DNA of 51,020 nucleotides from Octopus bimaculoides (Eukaryota): contig NC_068999.1 of NCBI RefSeq assembly GCF_001194135.2, positions 54,820,166 through 54,871,185 of the forward strand, given 5' to 3'. Position numbers and translations under genes: made by a program. Below are positions 24,900 through 34,322 of the stretch, one piece after another. The first letter of the stretch is position 1; each line of letters begins with the position of its first letter. The notes beneath the pieces are model-generated. The model was not told where the DNA came from. It did no database searches and saw only the letters and a program-made list of their open reading frames with translations.

Positions 24900-25771
24900 T
24901 GTATGTGGTCTGATCAATTAGTATCAGGACTATTGCCATAGTAACAAAGGTAAAGCATGCAGAGTGAAACCGCTTGGCACAGATTGACCTTGAACTCTGC
25001 TGAACATGTGCACTAAGTTTTAATGTTCTAGCTCACTTTCGCTGTTTACAGCAGTGCTTGGAAGGAAGGTGTGTAGCATGTGATTGTTGCATTGACCATG
25101 ATAGAGAAAGTTGAGCAGAGAATCTGCATCAGATTTTGCCAAAAGCTTGGTGATACCTGCTCAGAGGCCTATGCAAAGTTTTCATTGTTCTCGACACAAT
25201 CAATGATCTTGTGCAACTGAAACTTGAGTGTCTTTTTGGTCAGCTGAAAGCAGTTTTTGTACAAACTTGGCAGATACATGTCTCATACCTAAATCTTCAG
25301 TGATAACGGACTGAACTGAACCATAACTAATCTGCACATCTTCTGATAAATCAAGGATGCTGATTCGATGATTTCCTCTCACAGTTGCATGAACATCTGT
25401 GATGCTTTTCTTAGTTCTGCTGGTTGCGGGATCTCCCAGAACATTTGTCAATATCAACATTTTTCAGCCATCTTGGAAACCTCTGAACCACTCGTACGCT
25501 TGTGTGTGGCTCATACACTTTGTACAACTTTGTACAGGCCTCTGATCAGGTGTCACCATGACAACTTCCTGTCATGGTCAATGCAATGATCACACGCTAC
25601 AGACCTTCCTTCCAAGCACTGCTGTAAACAGCAGAAGTTAGCTAGAATGTTAAAACTTAGCGTGTGCACAGCAGAGGTCAAGGTCAATTTGTGCCAAGTG
25701 GCTTCACTGTGCATGCTTTAGCTTCATCACTAAGGCAACAATCCGGATACTTATTGATCAAACCTCATGTA
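24900..25771. mobile_element. Mariner-derived element made of two inverted 5' ends, with an HTH-coding remnant on the minus strand
   Basis: Arms about 24900-25180 and 25526-25771 are reverse complements; plus arm reads EKVEQRICIRFCQKLGDTCSEAY; ORF 25200-25460 (-) reads ...ISYGSVQSVITEDLGMRHVSAKFVQKLL, a mariner HTH/linker (the WVP(H/K)xL-equivalent FVxKLL). Confidence 0.88.
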
Positions 25772-25834
25772 AGTATGTGTGTGGGGGTTTGTGTGTGTGG
25801 GAGGTGTCTAAGCTGATTTACTGGATTTACAATG

Positions 25835-26060
25835 TTAACTCTTTAGCATTTAAACTGACCGTATCAGGCCCATATATTCAATCAGTTTAATGATCAAATT
25901 GACCAGATCTGCCCCATCACACATATCCTGCAATGTCATTCTAAATCTAAACTGTTACATCATTGAAATCTTGAAGCAACAAGATAATGCATGATTAATT
26001 CAAAACAATGTGAATGAATTAACATTACACTTGAAAGAATAATGTGAATGCTAAAAGGCT
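25835..26060 (-). mobile_element. piggyBac-like MITE
   Basis: Same family as 28624-28848. Confidence 0.7.
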
Positions 26061-26548
26061 TAATTTATGAGACATTGAGCACAAGTGACTTTAGAAAGAT
26101 GTTAGCAGGTGTGTATTTTGATGGAATGGTTACATGAATATAGAGCTAATCTAAGTCAATTGGTAAATGCTTGGGGAAAGGTACAAATTGTACTTGAAGG
26201 TGGTGGTGGTTGTGGTAGTGGTACAGGCACTCAGAAGACAGATGAGGTGAAAAAGAGAAGAAGAATTAAGGTAACAAACCTGAAAGGATGTTGTCTTCTC
26301 ACTGCTGAACATACATGATTGAAATGTATGGCGAGGTGTTGTATTGCAAATGCATCAAGCTCATGTCAGAATGGAAACCAATAATAACAATGAAAACTGA
26401 AGGTTTAAAGAGATGTTTAGTTGTAGCTAGACTCCAGGAAGAGGAGTCTGACAGTGAAAATGAAAACGTGATAATGTTGGTGTTGAGAAACAAAGAGTAA
26501 AGAATGTTTCACTCCATGGGTAATGTGAGCTTGGAAGAGGAACTGAAT

Positions 26549-26617
<69 letters not shown>

Positions 26618-26850
26618 GGGGAGAAAGAGAAAATTGGGGTGATGACTAAGAATTGAAAAAAAAAAAATTGGAAGAGGAGAGAAGCAGAGAGGAAGGACTG
26701 TATAGGTAAATGAGAGGGGAAATAATATGGTGATAGGGAAGAAGAGGTAATTTTGAAGTGTTAGTTAATTGTGCTAATGATTAAATTCTTTTATCTCTTC
26801 TAATTAACTGTATCAATTTGTGCTGACAACATCATATCTCAGCAGATTAC

Positions 26851-26866
26851 CCAAGTTAAGGCAATG
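26851..26866 (-). CDS. Candidate micro-exon, 16 nt (weak acceptor)
   Basis: caattaagcctag|CATTGCCTTAACTTGG|gtaatc; phase 0 to 1, HCLNL. Included partly because it restores phase. Confidence 0.28.
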
Positions 26867-27171
26867 CTAGGCTTAATTGTTGGTAAAAGGTTTCTAAAAT
26901 AATTATCGTGGTGAGGTCAAGCATCAAAGTGTGAATTTATTGTAGACTGGGGATGGAAAAGTTAAAATATCTCAGCGTTTTAATGATGCTGGGTACATCA
27001 TTTCACTGGTGAGCTGGATGTTAGATAAATTGGGCAAAATGCATGATAAAAACTAGAGACATAAATAAATGAACGTATATTTGGTTAGTTCCTATTTTGT
27101 ACGATAAGATTACACAACCATTATAACTAAAGATAGCAGTCATGACAAAATCTTTCACTAATAAGAAATAC

Positions 27172-27188
27172 CTTATAGGCAATGTGTT
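27172..27188 (-). CDS. Candidate micro-exon, 17 nt
   Basis: tgaagctttcatag|AACACATTGCCTATAAG|gtattt; phase 1 to 0, EHIAYK. Confidence 0.45.
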
Positions 27189-27422
27189 CTATGAAAGCTT
27201 CACATTGAAATAATCCTTCTTTTCTTCTTTGTGTAATAGTGTTATTCTGAGATAAACTCAACCATTAGACAACAGAAACAACATTATTATTACTATTATT
27301 ATTATTCATCCTGATTAATCAACTTTTGTTCAAATTGGAAAAGAAGAAAAAAATATTCCTTAGAGTTAGGTTACTTTATAAGAAGAAAATTATTTATAAA
27401 AAGAAGATTATAAATTTGAAGA

Positions 27423-27477
<55 letters not shown>

Positions 27478-27725
27478 TGTGTGTGTGTGCATGGGTTATC
27501 AGCAGATTGAGCAGCATGCAAAATATTTGAGAGGGAAAAATAAAGTAAAGAGCTGTACAAAGTTTGATATTCAACATTTCAACTGACTTTGACAATAGGC
27601 ATGACTAGGGTGAACTTCAATCAGGATTTTGAAACAAATATCTGATTTCAGTGGAAAAGAAAGAAATACAGAAGTATTGTTAGATCAAATAATATATAAA
27701 ACTTAAAGCTTCATGATATATTCAC

Positions 27726-27746
27726 CCAACCAAACCCTCTTTTTTT
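27726..27746 (-). CDS. Candidate micro-exon, 21 nt
   Basis: ctattttgtttctttttcag|AAAAAAAGAGGGTTTGGTTGG|gtgaat; phase 1 to 1, EKKRVWL. Confidence 0.55.
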
Positions 27747-28077
27747 CTGAAAAAGAAACAAAATAGAACACAAAAAATATGATTCCTGTACTGAATAAAG
27801 ACATCATGAGATAAAATAAGCATTAATTTGCTCGTATTATTCCTGAGATATATTTCCTTTCAAAAATAACAATATTGTTAGACTGAGAGAAGCAGAAGGA
27901 AAGAAAGAAAAGAAAACAGAAATTCTTTGTCATTCTCCAAATCTATAATTCTTTGTTCTTAATCTTTCCTATGAAACACTTTGGAACTGTCTGATTTGAG
28001 AGAGGAATATATGGACGTGTGTGTGTGTGTGTGTGTGTGTGCATGCACGCGTGCATATGTATATATGTATGTGTATG

Positions 28078-28125
<48 letters not shown>

Positions 28126-28623
28126 CACACACACACACTGCTACAGTGAAAGTACAGATAAAGAAACTATTGACTTTGATGTTTACTTACATCATCAGCA
28201 GTTATTCAGGGAACAGGTAAAAGAGGTTTGAAGTTAAAAAAAAAAAAACATAATAAAAGGTAACCAAAAATGTAAAACATGAAAAATTTCTCAAGTTGCA
28301 CTCAGAAGCAGGACAATTCTTGTCCTAGTTAATCAAAGTATAGAAATAGGTACACAGACTTCTGGGAATAGTGCTCTATTCAAAGAATCAGATTCTTATC
28401 GTGCAGTAAAAATTTGTGAATCTAAAAATTGACTTCATATGCATTCAGCTCTGTTGGAGACAATTATTTATCAAAGTACACAGACTAATTCTGCTTTGAA
28501 ATCTAAAAGAAGCTTCCACACTTACAACTCTCATGCACCAATGTGAAAGAGGCTTTCTTTATATAGTCACTCAACATGCTACAAGTTGCAACAAAATCTC
28601 TCTCAATTCACATCCTACCATCT

Positions 28624-28848
28624 TTAACCCTTTAGCATTCAGGTTATATTGACAAACATAATGCTTATTTATTCAAATTGGTTTGAATTAATCCTGCAGT
28701 ATCTTGTTGCTTCAAGATTTCAATGATGTGTGTATTTTTAGAATGAAATTTGTACGGAAGGTGTAAGAGGTCAAATCTGGTCGCTTTAAACATAAAACAT
28801 GTAGAACATTTGGGCCTGATGTGGCCGGTTTAAATACTAAAGGGTTAA
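28624..28848 (+). mobile_element. Full-length piggyBac-like MITE
   Basis: TTAA|CCCTTTAGCATT...AATACTAAAGGG|TTAA: terminal inverted repeats with TTAA at both ends; further copies near 29740-29950 and 31970-32185. Confidence 0.85.
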
Positions 28849-28964
28849 AGATATGTAGGATAATGTAGTTCAACAGTTAGTCCCTCAGTCTGAAAAGAGT
28901 TCTGAAAGTTCCTCATAACAACTGAATGCATAGAAACCTAAACTTTAGGTTCTACCATTCTTAC

Positions 28965-28979
28965 CTGAGCTGGAAACTG
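28965..28979 (-). CDS. Candidate micro-exon, 15 nt (NAGNAG alternative 12 nt)
   Basis: atgcttttgactgtag|CAGTTTCCAGCTCAG|gtaaga; phase 1 to 1, AVSSS, which would supply a signal-peptide c-region. Confidence 0.5.
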
Positions 28980-28994
28980 CTACAGTCAAAAGCA

Positions 28995-29225
28995 TATCCT
29001 TATTCGTTTCAGTCATTGGACTGTGGCCATGCTGGAGCACTACTTTGCTAAATTTTAGTCAAACCAATCAATTCCAGTATTTGTTTTCCAAAGTCAGCGG
29101 TTTATCCAATCAGTTTCTTCAGCTGAACTGCCAAGTTACAGTGACACTTGCCCAAGGTGCCACAAAGAAAGGACTGAACCTGAAATCTTGAGGGTGGGGA
29201 GCAAGCTTCTTACCACACAGCCACA
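28995..29225 (-). mobile_element. Internally deleted tRNA SINE
   Basis: Head and tail of the 1605-1975 family joined without the microsatellite. Confidence 0.75.
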
Positions 29226-30184
29226 TAAAGATGTATCCACATATCTTAACACTATTGTCTTATTCTCCTTTCTCCAGACATTTCATTACGCCTTTGCTTT
29301 AACTCATTCCCCTAACTTTGCAAAGTCAACAGGAGGAAGGGGAGAAAACCAATACATGGTCACTCACCAGGCTAGAAATAACAACCAAATATCTATCAAA
29401 CCACATTTTACTGTCAGAAAAAGGAAAGACACATAGGATAATGTATTCCTAGATAACCCTAAAAAAACATGATGGCTATAGTCAGTATGTCTCTGGTTGT
29501 AGTTCTGCTCAATAAAGGTTATTTAAGGGCCAGATAATTATCTCTCCTCCACCACTATAACCACCATCACCACCAAAGGAATTCAAAATATATTCCAATG
29601 TGTGTGCATATGTATACAAATGGCACTGTGTTGTTGCGGTTAATATGAAGCATTAGGTCATTCTTATTTGAACAAGGGAAATCCAGTTGTGAACTACTCA
29701 ACTTTTTAGATATCATCAATGTTTTCAAATGTAAACTTTATTTAATCTTATCCAACCCAAATATTCAACCTATTTTATGTTCAAACCAGCCTGATCCAGC
29801 TTCTTACACCTACCCTACAATGTCATTCTAAAAATAAACAATGACATCATTGAAATCTGGAAGCTCCAAGATAATGCATGATTAATTCAAAACAAAGTGA
29901 ATAAACAAGCATTATATTTGATAGAATAATCTGAATGCTAACGGATTAAAATGATTTGTATAATTTGAGGGTAATTTGGCTACATTTTCTAGTAAGCCAA
30001 ATGACTAAGTAGAGGTTTCCTCATTACATGGTGCAATGTGCTAAAGAACTGCACTCTACAGTAAGGTGCACATTGTAGAAGAGTGCGGTATTGAGGTGCA
30101 TTTTCTAATGAGGTACTTATTGTCCAGCATGCACCAGATAATCATGAACACAATTTTAGCAAGCCACAAGTGGAATAGAGGCAA

Positions 30185-30570
30185 CTAATAAGAGGTTCCT
30201 CCAAAAGATCTCTGGAGTAACATTACTCGACAGACTGTGGAACTCAGAGATCAGGGAGTTCTGCAGGTTGAGCGACTACTTCTCAACAACAAGAGGTCAT
30301 AGCTCCAGTACTATGACGTGATTAGGATGTCATAGGAAAGAATCGCAAGACAGATTCTTCAAGCTGAGCCAACTGGCTGTAGACCTAAGGATAGAAAAAG
30401 AACAAAATGGTTGGATAACAGCCAGAGTTTCAGTTGGTCATGCTTGGGAATCTAGACAGGAAATCTAGTGAGGGTTGCTTCACATCAGACCATTTGGAGG
30501 AAATAGCTGAGGACTCTATCCCTATGATCCTCCCGGGGATAGTAGGCAGAGAAGATGGATAGATGGATAA
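30185..30570 (+). mobile_element. RTE/Rex1-like LINE ORF2 3' remnant
   Basis: Translates with stops and frameshifts to FLQKISGVTLLDRLWNSEIRE...IRMS*ERIARQILQAEPTGCRPKDRKRTKWLD, the RxxRGRPRxRWxD C-terminal motif; GATGGATA tail. Confidence 0.75.
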
Positions 30571-30624
30571 CTGGAAGGCAATCTAGCAATCTTATACAAA
30601 GTTAATCCACATTAAGCGCAAACC

Positions 30625-30990
30625 TGGCTGTGTGGTAAGAAGTTTGCTTCTTAAACACATGGTTCTGGGTTCAATCTCACTGTGTGACACCTTAGGTAAG
30701 TGTCTTCTACTATAGCCCTGGGCTGACCAAATCTTTGCGAGTGGATTTGGTAGACAGAAACTGAAAGAAGCCCATTATATACATGTGTGTGTGTCTGTCT
30801 GTCTGTCTGTCCACCACCACTGCTTGACAATCAGTGTTGGTTTGTTTGCATCCATGTAACTTAACAGTTCGGCAAAAGAGACTGATAGAATAAGTACCAG
30901 GCTTTAAAAAATAAGTTGATTAAAAATTCTTCAAAGTGGTGCCCCAGTATAGTCACAATCTAATGACCAAAACAAGTAAAAGAGAAAAGA
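30625..30990 (+). mobile_element. tRNA-derived SINE
   Basis: Same family as 10345-10680. Confidence 0.85.
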
Positions 30991-31014
30991 TTGCTCTGTA
31001 AGAAGCATAGGGCT

Positions 31015-31226
31015 GGTTTCTTGGTATATCTGGCATATACATTCCTCTATGGACAGGATGCCAGTCCATCGCAGGATTACTCATTTTTACAGTTGAGTGG
31101 ACTGAAGCGACATGAAATGAAGTGTTTTGCTCAAGAACTCAATGCATTGCCTAGTCCAGGAATTGAAAATACAATCTTACAACCATGAGTCCAACATCCT
31201 AACCCACTAAACCCATGTGCCTCCAC
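31015..31226 (-). mobile_element. Meta-like tRNA SINE
   Basis: Homologous to 24300-24563. Confidence 0.7.
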
Positions 31227-31410
31227 AATCTTATGTAAAGTACACCAAATTTTGTTTCCATTTCTGTTTCAGACGTACTGGCAGTACCAATGTGACAGAC
31301 CCCAGTCTACAACAGGAAATGAAAAGACACAACATGCTTGTAGCTCTAGCAGGCAGCTGCAGCAACTTAGAGATAACCACCTGCTTCTTGAACACAACGA
31401 AATACTTCAC

Positions 31411-31470
31411 CTTTCAAAGTCAAGAACATGTACAATATCACAACACAGTACCTCAAATGTGCCATACCAC
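31411..31470 (-). CDS. Candidate 60-nt exon encoding a signal-peptide-like segment (MAHLRYCVVILYMFLTLK)
   Basis: Long pyrimidine tract ...ttatctag| then GTGGTATGG...TTGAAAG|gtgaag; phase 1 to 1; ATG at 31465; basic n-region plus a 12-residue hydrophobic core. Confidence 0.55.
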
Positions 31471-31589
31471 CTAGATAATGTATACCAGGTAAATGGAAAT
31501 AAAATAAAAGAAAAATGCCTAACAAAAAAAAGTAGAAGAAAGAAATAGGTTTTCAGAAAAGTGATACACATGTTCAACTAGATATTTTC

Positions 31590-31955
31590 TTTGATTTGTT
31601 TCAGTCATTGAACTACAACCACGCTGGGGCACAACCTCAGTTTTAGTTGCACAAATTGACCCTAGTACTTACTTTTTTTAAAGTCTGATATCTAGTCTGT
31701 CAGTTTCTTTTGCTGAACTGCAAGGCTACAGGAGTAAACAAACACCTGATGTCAAGTGTGTGTGGGGGTGGGGAGGAGAACACATACACACGCACACACA
31801 CACAGACGAGAGGCTTCCGCAAAGTTACCAGTGAGTAAATTCACTCACAAGGAATTGGTCAGCCCAACACTATAGTAAAAGACACTTGCCCATGTTGCTA
31901 TGCAAAGAGACTGAACCTGAAACCACACAGTTGCAAAGTATGCTTGTTAACTACA
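31590..31955 (-). mobile_element. Diverged tRNA-derived SINE
   Basis: Related to 30625-30990, opposite orientation. Confidence 0.75.
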
Positions 31956-32199
31956 CAGCCAACCTACACTTTGATACATCTAAATCTTTGGCATTTGAAC
32001 TGGCCATATCCAGCCCAAATATTCCACCTGTTTTATGCTCAAACTGGCCAGATCTGGCCTCTGACAAAGCAAACAATCACAGCATTGAAATCTTGAAACT
32101 TCAAGATAATGCCTGACTAATCAAAAGCAACAGGAATAAATAAGCAAACCATTTGATTGAGTAATCTGAATGCTAAAGGGTAAAAAAAAAGCCACAGTC

Positions 32200-33160
32200 T
32201 ATAAAACCACTCTCAACCTCAGTGATGACCTTGAGGCTGTATGCTAGAATAACTTGGTTCTCATTCAAGTTACCTATCATATCCACAAGGGAAATCTTTG
32301 AATGAACCCCTGGTAAAGCTATTTGGTCTTTCTTTCAGCTACTTCCAAAAGGAATATGTCATCTGTGACTAGGAGAGAGAGAAACATTTTCAGCAATTAG
32401 GCATTGTCTGGATGGCCAAGTTTGTCCAGCAGATCGACTCAATCAGAGCTATTGCCAAGCAGCTCAAAGTGGAGGAGTCCACTTTATGATGCATACTGAA
32501 TGAGGACATCATGTAAAAATCCTACATGAGAAGACAGCCCATGTGATCTAGTTGAAACAGAAACTGAGCAAGCTTGAGCACCCCAAGAAACTCAACATGG
32601 TCTGGTTCTTCACCGATGAGAACTTCAACCAGGACCAGAAGGTGACAAGGCGGATCAACAGATGGTTCTGTATGGACACCATGGAGGTACTCTTGATTAC
32701 ACACAAAGTTCCTGTTGTTTCTGATTGTGCTGAGTGTTGAGAGTAATTAGAGCCATGCCATACTGTCTCCCTTTTTTCCCCTACAAAGCTTCAGGGCCAG
32801 TGTCACTACCTTATATTGTGCAGAACACAATCGTCAAACCATGGATTTAAGAGTAGTTCAAAGAAGGCCATATGTGTTCCAGCAGAACCCTGCTCCCTAC
32901 TACATGAGCCTCTCAATCCTGGAATAGCAATCTAAGAGGTTTTATGATCATGTGACAATACGTAGAATCACTGGACAGCTGAATCTGGAGCAGCACTGAG
33001 AGAAAGCTAAACTAGCAGCTCCACTATATAAAGGGTTTGCTGAAAACTGCCATTGTAGGTATGATGGATAACATGCAACAAGAATCACTCGATCCTGGTA
33101 GACAGTTACTTCCATGGCAGCATTGAGACCATTATAGAGACTGAGAGTGGTTTTATAAAA
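32200..33160 (+). mobile_element. Degenerate Tc1/mariner element of the DD37D (maT/Bmmar1-like) type
   Basis: KLEHPKKLNMVWFFTDENFNQDQKVTRRINRWFC, RRPYVFQQNPAP and C-terminal IETIIETESGFI fragments. Confidence 0.75.
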
Positions 33161-33420
33161 TAAAACCAGATTGTTTAATGCATCTAGTTTAGCACGTTTC
33201 GTTTTTCTGAAAGTAATTTTGCTTTCAATTTAATATCTTTGTTTTTTCTTTTATTTTGTCTTCATTTACCTTATTTAGTAAGTAGAGTACATTCCAAAAC
33301 CTTTGGTTTCAAAGCTCTTATAGAGTATTGATTTTTCTGAACCAGGGGTTGTCACCTCAGTCAAAACACTTTAAATTAAGCAAATCCTAAATTTATTTAA
33401 ATTAAATGAAATTCAAGTAC

Positions 33421-33427
33421 CTGTAGA
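33421..33427 (-). CDS. Candidate 7-nt micro-exon
   Basis: gcactaatttatttcag|TCTACAG|gtactt, with a CTAAT branch motif; bridges phase 0 to phase 1. Confidence 0.35.
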
Positions 33428-33469
33428 CTGAAATAAATTAGTGCACAGACAATCTGTGTCTGGAAAGTC

Positions 33470-33720
33470 AGTGTAGTGTCTGTATTATATTTTGATGTGG
33501 TACGTGTGATGGTGAGGTACTGTACATCAGGTATGGTATCTGATGTAGTGCAATATAGGTAACAGAACACTGTACAACATAGTGTGTTGTAGTTGGTATG
33601 ACAGTGTAGTGTGACATAGCTGACGTATAGCATAGTGTAGCTGAGTGCAGCTAGCAAGGTGTGACACAGTGCAATTAATATAGTGGAGTGCAGCTGACTT
33701 AGCCCAGGATGGTGTTATGT
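33470..33720. repeat. Degenerate TGTAG/TGTGA-type short-period repeat
   Basis: Read directly (gtgtagtgtc...tgtagtgtgacatag...). Confidence 0.6.
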
Positions 33721-33749
33721 GGTAAGTCATGGTTGAAGAACTGTTACGC

Positions 33750-34230
33750 AAGAGCAGAGGAAAAGAAACTTCTCAAAAACAATGTCTTATTCTACAGACT
33801 GACCGTAAGTCACGTAATGGGTCAGAAATATGTCTGTCATGGAAGATGGGGAAAAGAATAAGTGATATAAGTATCTAAAGAAATGAGTGGTGAGTGAAAA
33901 GGGAAGAATGGTGTTGATGACGACGACTGGGTGTGTGGGAGTGATGAAGGAAAATCACGGGAATACAGAATACTTGTGAAACAGGCCAGAATTTTTTAAA
34001 AGCCAAAACCAATGTGAAATATTCGATCATTTTCGGCAATCTGAGACGTTTCTATACATGACAGACAAAAGTAATGTTCATCCACATACATCAAAGACAT
34101 CCAGACATATGCACTCACACATTAGGTGCACACATGCACACAAACACATCTCCAGAATATTCAAGGTGTGTGCTGTTAGATGACAAATACGGTCTACACT
34201 GAGTGTTACCCTACTACAGACAAGAAAAGG

Positions 34231-34322
<92 letters not shown>

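Noticed and set aside
28526-28578. Minus-strand 53-nt segment with strong sites (tgtag...|gtaagt)
   Set aside because: Open only in phase 2 and creates TAA when joined to the 21-nt exon; at most a poison or cryptic exon.
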